From a bacterium (lineage in GTDB: Bacteria; Chloroflexota; Dormibacteria; Aeolococcales; Bog-877), in contig JAKABB010000004.1 of the NCBI GenBank assembly GCA_021802045.1, forward strand, positions 1 through 62,255: a stretch of 62,255 nucleotides of DNA. The letters run 5' to 3'. The notes under the pieces are model-generated. The model was given only the letters and a program-made list of their open reading frames with translations. It was not told the DNA's origin and made no database searches. The translations under genes and the position numbers were made by a program. Shown in pieces: positions 37,781 through 47,528 of the stretch; positions within the stretch are counted from its first letter, which is position 1; each line of letters starts with the position of its first letter.

Positions 37781-37814
37781 GCCCGTGGCGGCGCCGTGTG
37801 GCGCCGCCACGGGC
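37781..37814. terminator. perfect 15-bp stem hairpin after the family-5 binding-protein gene
   Basis: GCCCGTGGCGGCGCC-gtgt-GGCGCCGCCACGGGC, 21 nt after the stop. Confidence 0.65.
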
Positions 37815-38152
37815 CAGGGCTGGTGACGGCCCTCGATCGTCCCGCCCCCGGCCCGGGGGTCCCCGCGGGGATCCGTCCTGGCTGGGCGAGGTGGCCTGCC
37901 GTGGCGCTGGCGACGGGACGGTCTCGGCTGGCGTCGAGCGGACGAGGAGGAGTGGGGCCGCCGCCGCCACGCGGCGCGGCTCGTCGACGGGCATGCCGCT
38001 GAGAGAGACGAGTCCTCCCGGGGGCTCGCCAACCCGGGCGCGGGCGCCGGGGGTTCGGCCAGGGGTGAGCATCGTCGCGGGCAGGCCTCGGTCTCAGGCG
38101 CTTCCCTCCTTCTCCACCGGAGGAGTTGGTGCCTGGCCTTCGGCCGCAACGG

Positions 38153-39619
38153 TCAGGAGATGCGAGCCGAAGCCTCGTCTGCCACCGCCACCAGTCGACC
38201 AGAGTGGATTAGGTCCACCAGCGGTTCAAGGTCGGCAGGCACGACCTGGCCGCGACCCTGCAGCCGGACCACCGAGCGCGCGAGAGCGTGCGCTGCCCGA
38301 GTACCGCTGCCGAGCCGGGCCAGTCCGCGACGGTCAACGGCCTGGGCCGCCACCACCAACGCGATCGCGAGAACCCGCTCACCGAGGTTGACCATTTCCT
38401 GGAGTCGCCGGGCCGCCAGCGGCGCCATCGTGACGCGATCCTCGATGCCCGCCGCATGGGTAGAGGTGGTCAGTTCGAACGATACGGGCTGGGCGAGGAG
38501 CCGGGCCTCGGCGGTGAGAGCCTGGGCGGTGAGCCCGAACTCGGCCAAACCGTCCTCGGCCAGACCCTCGGCGCTCGCCAGCCCCGCGGGGAGCCCTGTC
38601 AGCCAACCCTGGAGAAGCTTCTCCAGTCGCTCGGCTGCGCTGGTGAGCACCGGGGCCAGAGCGATGCGGCTGAAATCCAGAGCCTGGGCCAACGGGATGA
38701 TGTCGAAGTTGCCGACGGAGCGCACCGTCCGGCTGGCAGTGACCACCAGCGGGTTGCCCTGGGCCGCGTTGAGCTCGATGGCCAGCTGACGGTTGGCGAA
38801 GCGCAGGCCGTCACGGGCTGCCCCGTGGACTTGGGGCAAGCAGCGGAATGTCAGCGGATCCTGGAGGTTGCGGGCCGCTCCTGGCGCCCAGAGGCCGCTG
38901 GCGCGGAGGAGAGCCTGCAGGTGCAGCAGCGTCTCCTGGAGGCCAGGGTATGGTCGTGCGCGGGCCACCGCCGGGTCGAGGGCGGAGAGGTTGGCGCCAA
39001 ACGCCTCGAGGTCGAGGGCACCCGCTACGTCGGCGCTCTCCAGCAGGCGATCGGCATCGTCCAGAGCCAGGGCGGCCGACGCGGTGGCGTAGGCATTGTT
39101 GTCGATGAGGGCCAGGCCCTCGCCTGCGGCCGGCCGGAGGTCGGCCGTCGCCAGCGCGCCGGCGGCGAGGTCGGCGAGCGGTGCGAGGTCGGCCTGGCCC
39201 ACCGACCCTCGACTGCGCACCGTCGGGAGCGGGCCGTTGTTCAGCACGCTGGCCAAGTGCTGGGCCAGCTCAGGTCGGACCCCGGCGTTGCCGCTGGCCA
39301 GGAGGTTGATCAGGCAGACGAGCGTACCCCGCACAATCTCGTCCGTCGCTGGCGGGCCCTGGCCGACGCGGTGATTGGCGATCAAGAGGGAATTGAACGC
39401 CTCTACCGTGCCGGGCTCGACGTGGATGCGCTTGCGCTCGCCGACGCCGGTCGTGAAGCCGTAGACGGTGGCCCCGGCCGCGAGGGTTTCCTCCACCACA
39501 TCGCGGCCGTCGCGCATGCGTTCCACCGCGGACGGGGTCAGCGTGACCGGCTCGCCGGCCCGGGCCACTCGCACCACGTCATCGCGGGTCAGGTGGTTCC
39601 CGTCAAGGAGCACTGTCAC
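38153..39619 (-). CDS. aromatic amino acid ammonia-lyase (HAL/PAL) family paralog lacking the MIO-forming tripeptide
   Basis: 488 aa, colinear with HutH throughout. At the MIO position it reads GSVGQADLAPLAD instead of GS(V/L)G(A/C)SGDLAPLAH. Other family motifs are also altered (see finding). Confidence 0.8.
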   Translation of the reverse strand: MTVLLDGNHLTRDDVVRVARAGEPVTLTPSAVERMRDGRDVVEETLAAGATVYGFTTGVGERKRIHVEPGTVEAFNSLLIANHRVGQGPPATDEIVRGTLVCLINLLASGNAGVRPELAQHLASVLNNGPLPTVRSRGSVGQADLAPLADLAAGALATADLRPAAGEGLALIDNNAYATASAALALDDADRLLESADVAGALDLEAFGANLSALDPAVARARPYPGLQETLLHLQALLRASGLWAPGAARNLQDPLTFRCLPQVHGAARDGLRFANRQLAIELNAAQGNPLVVTASRTVRSVGNFDIIPLAQALDFSRIALAPVLTSAAERLEKLLQGWLTGLPAGLASAEGLAEDGLAEFGLTAQALTAEARLLAQPVSFELTTSTHAAGIEDRVTMAPLAARRLQEMVNLGERVLAIALVVAAQAVDRRGLARLGSGTRAAHALARSVVRLQGRGQVVPADLEPLVDLIHSGRLVAVADEASARIS

Positions 39620-40393
39620 CGCGCCTCTCGTCCCCCTGCGTGCCGGGCCCGCACGGCCGCCGCGGTGTCCCCCCTTGTCGCCGCCAGCCCGACCATCTCA
39701 GCCAGCCACTCCAGACGCACCGGGGTGAACCATCTGTCGCAGGTGGTGCCGCCCCGACTCCCGCGTGACGTGGCGACCGGGGTCGCCCGGCGACAGGTCC
39801 ATCGGCACCGCCCGGCGGGGCCCCTCGAGCGCCCCGACCGAGACGGTGGCTGCGTGACCGCCCCTACCAGCGGACGTCGTGGCGCCGATGCCTTGACGCG
39901 CGGGAGTTGGGAGCGCACACCCGGCTGCACACGTCCAAGCATAAGTCAGGGAGCATGACGGAGAGTTGCGCGGGGAACCGGGCGGGAGCCGAGTCCGCTA
40001 CGGGCGGCGGCACGGCACGCCGACGGATGGCCGATCCATGGTGGGACTGGACGCGCGGTCCGGGTCCGGCGGTGAGAGCCATCAGCCGTCCGCGCCCCCA
40101 AGGTCCGCCGAGCGCTGCCGAGCGACATGCCGAGAGCAACCAGTGCTGCCGCCCGGCTGGGTTCATCGACGGCCGCACCGTGCCGCGGTGCTTCACCCCG
40201 GACCTGAGGAGATCGCCAGCCTGCGGGCGGCCGGCGTAGCCTGACCGGTCCCAGCCGGTGGATCCCCGCCTCCGCCCATTACGCCGATTGGGGGGTGTCC
40301 ATTCCCGTGCCGTGGTGGGGTGGCCGCCGACTCCGCTACGAGTTCGCCTGACCCACCTCAGACTGGGGCCAATTCACTTTGTGACAACCGGCG

Positions 40394-41962
40394 TTAGGCG
40401 AGCGGGCCCGCGTGCGCCTCAGCCGCCTCCAGCGCCAGGCCCGTCACCACCAGCCGCTCCACTGCGGCCAGCTCCGGGGCCACCGCCCGGTCCGGGCCGG
40501 CGGACCCGGCCGCCGCCCGCACCCGTGCCGCCGCCGCCGCCGTCGCCGGCGCCGGCGCCAACGGCTCCCGGAACTCCAGGGCGCGCGTGGCGCTGAGGAG
40601 CTCGATGGCCAGGATGCGGCCGAGGTTGGTAACCACCTCCTGCAGCTTGCGGGCCGCGGCCCAGCCCATCGACACGTGGTCCTCCTGCATCCCTGAGGTG
40701 GGGATGGAGTCGACGCTGGCCGGCTGAGCCAGGCGCCGGTTCTCTGCTACCAGGGCGGCCGCTGTGTACTGGGCGATCATCAGTCCCGAGTTGACCCCCG
40801 CGTCGACGGCGAGGAAGGGCGGCAGGCCATGGGAGCGGGCTGGGTCCAGGAGGCGGTCGACGCGGCGCTCGGCGATGGCGCCGACCTCGCAGAGGGCGAT
40901 GGCGCAGAAGTCGGCGGCGAAGGCCAGCGGCTCTCCGTGGAAGTTGCCGGTGGACTCCACCGCGCCGCTCTCCAGCACCACCGGGTTGTCCACCGCGGCC
41001 GCCAGCTCCCGGGCCGCCACTTCCACGGCGAAGGCGATGGTGTCGCGGGCGGCGCCGGCCACCTGTGGGGAGCAGCGGACCGAGTAGGAGTCCTGGACCA
41101 GGTGGTCCGAGTCGCGGTGGGAGGCCAGGATCGGGGAGCCGTCGAGGAGCCGGACCAGGTTGGCGGCGCTGCGGGCCTGGCCCGGGTGGGGGCGGATCGC
41201 CTGCAGCTCGGCCGCGAAGGGGCGGTCGGTCCCGAGGAGGGCCTCGCAGCTCATGGCGGCGGTGAGGTCCGCCGTGCGCAGGAGCCGGTCGGCGTCGTGG
41301 AGGGCCAGGATTAGCATCCCCAGCATGCCGTCCGTCCCGTTGATGAGCGCCAGCCCTTCCTTGACCTCCAGCCGCAGCGGCTCCAGTCCGGCGGCGCGGA
41401 GGGCCGGCCCGGCGGGGGTCGGCCCTCCCTGCGGGTCCAGGACCCAGCCCTCCCCGAGCAGGGCCAGCGACATGTGGGCCAGCGGGGCCAGGTCGCCGCT
41501 GCAGCCGAGCGAGCCGTGGGTCGGGACCACCGGTGTGAGCCCGGCGTTGAGGCAGGCCACCAGCAGCTCGGCCACGGCCGGCCGGGTCCCGGAGAGGCCC
41601 ATGGCCAGGCTGCGCACCCGCAGGAGCATCATCGCCCGGACCACCTCCCGGGGCATGGCCGGCCCCATGCCGGCGGCGTGGGAGCGGATCAGGGCGTGCT
41701 GGAGGGCGGGCTGCTGCTCCACCGGGATCCGGGTCGCCGCCAGGGCGCCGAAGCCGGTGGAGATGCCGTAGACGGGGCGGGTGTCGGCGGCCGCGGCCAG
41801 CACCCGCTCCCGGCTGCGAGCCATCGCGGCCCGTGCCGCCGGAGCGATCGCCACCGGGGCGCCGCCGCGGGCGACCCGGACGACCTCGGCCGGGGTCAGC
41901 CCGGGGCCGTGGACGACCACCGAGGCCGCCGCGTCGGCGTCGGCCGGTGGCTGCGGGATCAC
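40394..41962 (-). CDS. hutH: histidine ammonia-lyase
   Basis: YGISTGFG, GSLGCSGDLAPLAH (Ser-Gly of the MIO retained), LALINGT, QDSYSVRC, GNFHGEP, QEDHVSMG. The GTG start at 41962 overlaps (GTGA) the stop of the MBL gene. Confidence 0.85.
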   Translation of the reverse strand: MIPQPPADADAAASVVVHGPGLTPAEVVRVARGGAPVAIAPAARAAMARSRERVLAAAADTRPVYGISTGFGALAATRIPVEQQPALQHALIRSHAAGMGPAMPREVVRAMMLLRVRSLAMGLSGTRPAVAELLVACLNAGLTPVVPTHGSLGCSGDLAPLAHMSLALLGEGWVLDPQGGPTPAGPALRAAGLEPLRLEVKEGLALINGTDGMLGMLILALHDADRLLRTADLTAAMSCEALLGTDRPFAAELQAIRPHPGQARSAANLVRLLDGSPILASHRDSDHLVQDSYSVRCSPQVAGAARDTIAFAVEVAARELAAAVDNPVVLESGAVESTGNFHGEPLAFAADFCAIALCEVGAIAERRVDRLLDPARSHGLPPFLAVDAGVNSGLMIAQYTAAALVAENRRLAQPASVDSIPTSGMQEDHVSMGWAAARKLQEVVTNLGRILAIELLSATRALEFREPLAPAPATAAAAARVRAAAGSAGPDRAVAPELAAVERLVVTGLALEAAEAHAGPLA

Positions 41963-42588
41963 CGGCCGCGCGCCACCCACTCCGCCAGGTGGGGCGCCTC
42001 CGTCCCGATGGTGGTCGACGGCCCGTGACCGGTGTGCACCACCGTGCTCGGCGGGAGGGTCAGCAGCCGCTCGGTCAGGGATCGAATCAGGGTCGGGAAG
42101 TCCGAGTAGGAGCGACCGGTCGCCCCGGGGCCGCCCTGGAAGAGGGTGTCGCCGGTCAGGACCGTCGCCAGCTCGGGCAGGTGCAGGCAGACCCCGCCCG
42201 GGGTGTGCCCCGGCGTCAGGAGGACCTCGATGGTGGTCCCGGCCACCGCGATCCGATCGCCGTCGCGCAGCCAGCGGTCGGGGCGGCGGGTGCCGTGGAC
42301 GGCGGCCCACAGGATGGCATCGTCCGAGTGGATGCAGATCGGGGCGTCGACCTGGGCCGCCAGCGGCTGGGCGGCGTTGATGTGGTCGTTGTGCCCGTGG
42401 GTGCACAGGATCGCCCGGACGCGGCGCTCGCCCACCGCCTCGACGATGGCGGTGGCGTCGTGGGCGGGGTCGACGACCACCACCTCGCGGTCGTCACCCA
42501 CCAACCACACGTTGTTGTCGACCGCGATGTCCTCGCCATCGAGCGAGAAGGTCCCGCTGGTGCGGACCTGGTCGATGCGGACCGTCAC
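41959..42588 (-). CDS. MBL-fold metallo-hydrolase (Rv2260-like partner of MscR)
   Basis: THGHNDH metal motif, 209 aa, GTGA overlap with the mscR stop. Confidence 0.85.
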   Translation of the reverse strand: MTVRIDQVRTSGTFSLDGEDIAVDNNVWLVGDDREVVVVDPAHDATAIVEAVGERRVRAILCTHGHNDHINAAQPLAAQVDAPICIHSDDAILWAAVHGTRRPDRWLRDGDRIAVAGTTIEVLLTPGHTPGGVCLHLPELATVLTGDTLFQGGPGATGRSYSDFPTLIRSLTERLLTLPPSTVVHTGHGPSTTIGTEAPHLAEWVARGR

Positions 42589-43670
42589 AGCACTACGACC
42601 GACCGCAGCACCTCCCCCCGCTGCATCCGGGCGAAGGCGCGCTCGACGTCCTCCAGGCCGATGGTCTCGGAGACGAAGCCGTCCAGATCGAGCTTGCCCC
42701 GCCGGTAGAGGTCGATGAGGACCGGGAAGTCGCGCGACGGCAGGCAGTCGCCGTACCAGGAGGCCTTCAACTGGCCGCCCCGGCCGAACACCTCGGCCAG
42801 GGGCAGCTCGATGGTGGCCGCCGGGGTGGGCACGCCGACCAGGACCAGGGTCCCGGCGTGGTCACGGGCGAGGAAGGCCTGCCGGTAGGTCAGCGGCAGG
42901 CCCACGGCGTCCACCACCAGGTCGGCGCCCACCCCGTCGGTGAGGGCGCGCACCCCCTGCACCGGATCGGTGGTGGCGGCGTCGATGACGTCGGTCGCTC
43001 CGAAGCCCTGGGCCCACTCCAGCTTGCGCCGGTCGACGTCGACGGCGATGACCCGGCGGGCGCCCGCCAGCGCCGCGCCGGCGATGGCGGCCATGCCCAC
43101 CCCGCCGCAGCCGAAGACCGCGACGGTGTCCCCGGGGCCGGCGCGCCCGGTGTGGACCGCGGCGCCGTAGCCGGCCATGACCCCGCAGCCGATCAGGCCC
43201 GCTGCCTCGGGCCGGGCGGCGGGGTCGACCTTCACCGCCTGCCCGGCGGCCACCAGGGTCAGCTCGGCGAAGGCGCCGATGCCGAGGGCGGCGGTGAGGG
43301 GCGTCCCGTCGGCGAGCGTCATCCGCTGGTGGGCGTTGCGGCTGGCGAAGCAGTACCAGGGGCGGCCACGCCGGCAGGAGCGGCAGCTGCCGCAGGGATC
43401 GCGCCAGGCGATGACCACGAAGTCGCCGGGCCGCAGGGCGCCGCCGCCGTCCCCCACGGCCTCGACGGTCCCGGCCGCCTCATGCCCCAGGAGGAAGGGG
43501 AAGTCGCTGCCGATGGCGCCCTCGCGGTAGTGGAGGTCGGTGTGGCAGACCCCGCACGCCCGCACCCGGACCAGGACCTCGCCCGGCCCCGGGTCGGGCA
43601 CCCGGATCGCCTCCACCGAGACCGGGGCGCCGGGACCCCGCGCCACCACGCCCCGCACCTCATGTCCCAT
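42585..43670 (-). CDS. mscR: S-(hydroxymethyl)mycothiol dehydrogenase (class III Zn-ADH)
   Basis: 361 aa from MGHEVRGVV. Near-colinear with my memory of M. tuberculosis MscR ([57 protein letters not shown]). Confidence 0.85.
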   Translation of the reverse strand: MGHEVRGVVARGPGAPVSVEAIRVPDPGPGEVLVRVRACGVCHTDLHYREGAIGSDFPFLLGHEAAGTVEAVGDGGGALRPGDFVVIAWRDPCGSCRSCRRGRPWYCFASRNAHQRMTLADGTPLTAALGIGAFAELTLVAAGQAVKVDPAARPEAAGLIGCGVMAGYGAAVHTGRAGPGDTVAVFGCGGVGMAAIAGAALAGARRVIAVDVDRRKLEWAQGFGATDVIDAATTDPVQGVRALTDGVGADLVVDAVGLPLTYRQAFLARDHAGTLVLVGVPTPAATIELPLAEVFGRGGQLKASWYGDCLPSRDFPVLIDLYRRGKLDLDGFVSETIGLEDVERAFARMQRGEVLRSVVVL

Positions 43671-43757
43671 GGGGCCCACCCTCCGGTCGCGATCGTCCAA
43701 CCCGGCGGCCAGGATTATAGGCGCCCGGCCGGGCCGTCCCCGGCCGGTCCGGTGGCC

Positions 43758-44921
43758 TCATCGGACCGCCGTGGCATAGGGGATCAGCAGTTCGGCGGCG
43801 GTCAGCGACCCGTGGTGCCCGATGAGCTCCGCGAGGCGGCCGTCGATCGAGGGCTGCACGACCCCCGCGGTGCCCCGCGCGGCCACCACCAGGTCGCCGA
43901 TGCGGGCCCGGACCCGGTCCAGCACCTGGGGACCGAACCAGCCTGCGGCGATCGCCGCCTCCCGCTCCAGGACCCAGGCGTGGCCGTCGAGGCGCTCCCG
44001 CCAGGTGGCGAGCACGTCCGCGACGGCGCCCGGCGCCACCACCAGGTGGCGCGCGCGCGGCTCACCGGCCACCATCCGCACCCCCGCCAGGAGCTGGGGC
44101 TCGCGATCGAGGTCGACCTTGTCCGCCTCGCGGAGGTCGACCATGCCGTGGTCTCCGGTCACCACCAGGCGGGTCCCCGCGGGCAGCCGCTCCAGGAGCA
44201 TCGCCACGGCCTGGTCGACCAGTGCCAGGTGCACCCGCCAGGCGTCGGAGTCGACTCCTCGCACATGGCCCAGGAGGTCGAGCTCGGGATGGTAGGCGTA
44301 GACCAGGGTTCGCCCCGGGTCCCGCAGCACGCGGGCGGTCTCGGTGACGACATCGGCCAGGCTGTGGGCGGCGACGTGGGTGCCTCCCCGCAGGCTGGCC
44401 CGGGTCAGGCCGCTCTGGGTGAGCGCCGGCAAGCCGACCAGGGCCACCCTGACCCCCGTATCGGCCAGCCGCTCGAAGGCTGTCCGATCGGGCTGGAACT
44501 GCTCGGGAACGACAGTCTCGCGCAGGTCCACCGGGGCCCCGGGCCCGGCCAGCTCCCAGCGCAGCACGTTGAGGGGGCGGGGCTGTCCGGGGACCGGAAT
44601 CGTGTAGCCCACCAGGCCGTGCTGGCCGGGCGGGCGACCGGTGCCCAGGGAGCTGAGGCTGGTGGCCGTGGTCGAGGGGAAGCCGGCGGTCATCGGCTCC
44701 CCGGCGAGCCCGGCGAGGGTGGGAGCGAGCGTCCGGTGGGCCTGGAGCAGCTGCGCGCCGAGCCCGTCGACCAGCAGGATGGCGGCGCGCTGGCAGGGGC
44801 CGAGCGCCAGCGGGTTGGTGAAGCCCGGTGCCCCCAGGGCGGTCGCGAGCGACGGCACCAGGTCGGCCAGCGAGCGATCGCCGTACCGAGGGATCAGTGG
44901 CTCCGTCGCGTCCCCTGTCAT
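43758..44921 (-). CDS. alkaline-phosphatase-superfamily phosphodiesterase/nucleotide pyrophosphatase-like protein
   Basis: LLVDGLG, FPSTTATSLSSLGTG, YHPELDLLGH, VTGDHGM. ATGA overlap with the murE stop. Confidence 0.7.
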   Translation of the reverse strand: MTGDATEPLIPRYGDRSLADLVPSLATALGAPGFTNPLALGPCQRAAILLVDGLGAQLLQAHRTLAPTLAGLAGEPMTAGFPSTTATSLSSLGTGRPPGQHGLVGYTIPVPGQPRPLNVLRWELAGPGAPVDLRETVVPEQFQPDRTAFERLADTGVRVALVGLPALTQSGLTRASLRGGTHVAAHSLADVVTETARVLRDPGRTLVYAYHPELDLLGHVRGVDSDAWRVHLALVDQAVAMLLERLPAGTRLVVTGDHGMVDLREADKVDLDREPQLLAGVRMVAGEPRARHLVVAPGAVADVLATWRERLDGHAWVLEREAAIAAGWFGPQVLDRVRARIGDLVVAARGTAGVVQPSIDGRLAELIGHHGSLTAAELLIPYATAVR

Positions 44922-46516
44922 CCGCCGCCCGCCGTCCGCGTGAGGGGGAAGCCGCGGCGGCCGAGGGCCGCGGCGGCTTCCCCCCGCTCGTCCCAGGGGT
45001 GGGCGGTGCGTCCCACGATCTGGGTGGCCTCGTGCCCCTTGCCGGCGAGCAGGACGGTGTCGCCCGGCTGGGCCTGGGCGATGGCCCGGTCGATCGCCTG
45101 CTCGCGGTCGAGCACCACATGGACCGACTCGCCCGGCCGCCCCCCACCCTCCGCGGCCCCGGCCACGATCTCGGCGCAGATCGCCGCCGGGTCCTCCTCC
45201 CGGGGGTCCTCGCTGGTCACCACCACCTGGTCGGCCAGGCCGGCGGCGATCCGACCCATCTCGGCCCGCTTGGCCACGTCGCGCTCCCCAGCGCTGCCGA
45301 AGACCACCCACAGGTGGTTGGGCGTGGCCGACCGCAGTGCCTGCAGGACCTGGCCCAGCGCCGCTGGGGTGTGGGCGTAGTCGATGACCACCGTGAAGGG
45401 CTGGCCTCCGTCGACCCGCTCCATGCGCCCGGGGACCCGCTCCACTCGTTCCAAGCCCGCCACCAGGTCGGGCAGGGCGAGGTCCAGGCACAGGCCGGCG
45501 GCGAGCGCCGCCAGGGCGTTGGCGACGTTCCAGCGGCCGGGCATGCGGAGGGAGACCGGCGCCGGGCCGGCCGGCGTCTCCGCGGTGAAGCGGATCCCGT
45601 CGAGGTCGGGAACGACCGCCGTCGCTCGCAGATCGGCGGCCGGGTCACCGGCGGCGCTGTAGGTGCAGCGTCGGCCCACGGGGCGGGCCGCCAGGAGGGG
45701 GAAGGCCCGGGCGTCGTCCCGGTTCAGGACCGCGAACCCGCCGGGTTCGGCGGCGGCGCGGTCGAGCAGGCTGGCCTTGGCCGCGAAGTACGCCTCCCAG
45801 GAGCCGTGGAAGTCCAAGTGCTCGTGGGTGATGGCGGTGTAGACCGCTCCCTGGTAGCGCACCGCGTCCACGCGGTGCAGGGCCAGGGCGTGGGAGGTGG
45901 TCTCCAGGGCCACGTCCTGGCAGCCGTCGTCGACCATCGCCCGCAGCCGGGCCTGGATCTCCAGCGCCTCCAGCGTCGTCTGCCGGGTGCGGTTGGGCTC
46001 GACCGCCGTTCCCAGGCGGAAGTCGACGGTGGTCAGGCTGCCGGCCACCCGGCCGGCGGCCGCCAGCGCCGCCTGCAGGAGGGTGCAGGTGGTGGTCTTG
46101 CCGTCGGTGCCGGTGATCCCCACCACCCGGCAGCTGGCCGAGGGGTGCCCGAAGAAGGCCGCCGCCAGGGGAGCCAGCGCGGCCCGCGCGTCGGGCACCA
46201 CCAGGCAGCGGTCGGGTGGGACCCCGGGCGGGACGGCCTCCACCACCGCCGCCACCGCCCCGGTGGCCAGGGCGCCCGCGACGAAGGCATGGCCGTCGGC
46301 ATGCTGGCCCCGGACGGCCACGAAGACCGTGCCCGGGGTCACCGCACGGGAGTCGTAGGCGAGCCCTCGCACCTCCACGGCCGCCACCGCGGGGTGGGGC
46401 GCGCTCAGCCCCGCGGCACGGGCCAATCCGGTCCAGTCCACGGCGGTCAGGGTACGCGGCGTGGGGACGCCGCCGGGGGACAATCGTGCCGTGACACCCT
46501 CGCGCTTGACCGTCAT
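44918..46516 (-). CDS. murE: UDP-N-acetylmuramoyl-L-alanyl-D-glutamate--2,6-diaminopimelate ligase
   Basis: AYDSRAVTPGTVFVAVRG, GITGTDGKTTT, DYAHTP, GKGHE. The start is uncertain: ATG 46516 shares two bases with the divergent ADH start. Confidence 0.85.
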   Translation of the reverse strand: MTVKREGVTARLSPGGVPTPRTLTAVDWTGLARAAGLSAPHPAVAAVEVRGLAYDSRAVTPGTVFVAVRGQHADGHAFVAGALATGAVAAVVEAVPPGVPPDRCLVVPDARAALAPLAAAFFGHPSASCRVVGITGTDGKTTTCTLLQAALAAAGRVAGSLTTVDFRLGTAVEPNRTRQTTLEALEIQARLRAMVDDGCQDVALETTSHALALHRVDAVRYQGAVYTAITHEHLDFHGSWEAYFAAKASLLDRAAAEPGGFAVLNRDDARAFPLLAARPVGRRCTYSAAGDPAADLRATAVVPDLDGIRFTAETPAGPAPVSLRMPGRWNVANALAALAAGLCLDLALPDLVAGLERVERVPGRMERVDGGQPFTVVIDYAHTPAALGQVLQALRSATPNHLWVVFGSAGERDVAKRAEMGRIAAGLADQVVVTSEDPREEDPAAICAEIVAGAAEGGGRPGESVHVVLDREQAIDRAIAQAQPGDTVLLAGKGHEATQIVGRTAHPWDERGEAAAALGRRGFPLTRTAGGG

Positions 46517-47513
46517 GGAGCTGGAGGCGCCGGGTCCGGTGGCCCGGGGACCCCTCCGGCCGCGCTGGCGTCCGACCCCCGAGCCGGGTCCCGGCGAGGT
46601 GCGACTGCGGATCTCGGCGTGCGGGGTCTGCCGCACCGATCTCCAGCTGGTCGAGGGGGATCTGGCCCTGCACCGGCGACCGCTGGTGCCCGGCCACCAG
46701 GCGGTGGGGCGTGTCGAGGCGGTGGGCCCCGGCGTCTCCGGCCTGGCCCTCGGCGACCGCCTCGGGGTGGGATGGTTGGCGGGCGCCTGCGGCGGCTGCC
46801 CCGCCTGCCGGCGGGGGGCCGAGAACCTCTGCCCACGGGGGACCTTCACCGGCTGGGATCGAGACGGCGGGTACGCCACCCACCAGGTGGTGGCGGCCGA
46901 CTTCACCCTGCCCCTCCCGGCGGCGATGGCGGACGAGGCGGTGGCGCCCTTGCTGTGCGCCGGGATCATCGGCTTCCGGGCCTGGCGGCTGACCGGGCTC
47001 TCCGCCGGGGCCCGCCTGGGGCTCTTCGGCTTCGGCTCCTCGGCCCACCTGGTCTGCCAGGTGGCGCGCCACGCCGGCTGCGCGGTCTATGTCAGCAGCC
47101 GGGGCGCGGCGGCCCGGGCCCGGGCGGAGCGGCTCGGTGCCGCCTGGGTCGGCGGGCCGGGTGAGCAGCCGCCGGTGCCCCTCGACGCCGCCATCACCTT
47201 TGCCCCCAGCGGCCGGGTGGTGGTGGAGGCGCTGGCCGCGCTCGATCGCGGGGGGATCTGCGTGGTCAACGCCATCCATCTCGACGGGGTCCCGGCCTTC
47301 CCCTACCCCCTGCTCTATGGCGAGCGGCGCCTCCAGAGCGTCGCCAACTACACCCGCGACGACGCCCGGGCCTTCCTGGCCCTGGCGGCGCGGATCCCCA
47401 TCGTGCCCGAGATCGAGACCCACCCCCTTGCCGCCGCCAACCAGGCTCTCCAGCGCCTCCGGGCCGGGGCGGTCGAGGGCTCCCTGGTGCTCTCGGTCGG
47501 CCCCTCTTCATAG
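46515..47513 (+). CDS. zinc-dependent alcohol dehydrogenase family protein
   Basis: CGVCRTDL, PGHQAVG, ACGGCPACRRGAENLC, GFGSSAH. Confidence 0.8.
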   Translation: MELEAPGPVARGPLRPRWRPTPEPGPGEVRLRISACGVCRTDLQLVEGDLALHRRPLVPGHQAVGRVEAVGPGVSGLALGDRLGVGWLAGACGGCPACRRGAENLCPRGTFTGWDRDGGYATHQVVAADFTLPLPAAMADEAVAPLLCAGIIGFRAWRLTGLSAGARLGLFGFGSSAHLVCQVARHAGCAVYVSSRGAAARARAERLGAAWVGGPGEQPPVPLDAAITFAPSGRVVVEALAALDRGGICVVNAIHLDGVPAFPYPLLYGERRLQSVANYTRDDARAFLALAARIPIVPEIETHPLAAANQALQRLRAGAVEGSLVLSVGPSS

Positions 47514-47528
47514 AGAGGGCTCGGCGGA

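Noticed and set aside
39616-39942. A 108-aa minus-strand ORF whose stop overlaps the GTG start of the HAL paralog, considered as a possible coupled upstream gene.
   Set aside because: It is mostly Arg/Pro/Gly/Ser low complexity, with no RBS or family motif. Only the last 40 residues look protein-like. I kept it as a note under the 770-bp gap finding.
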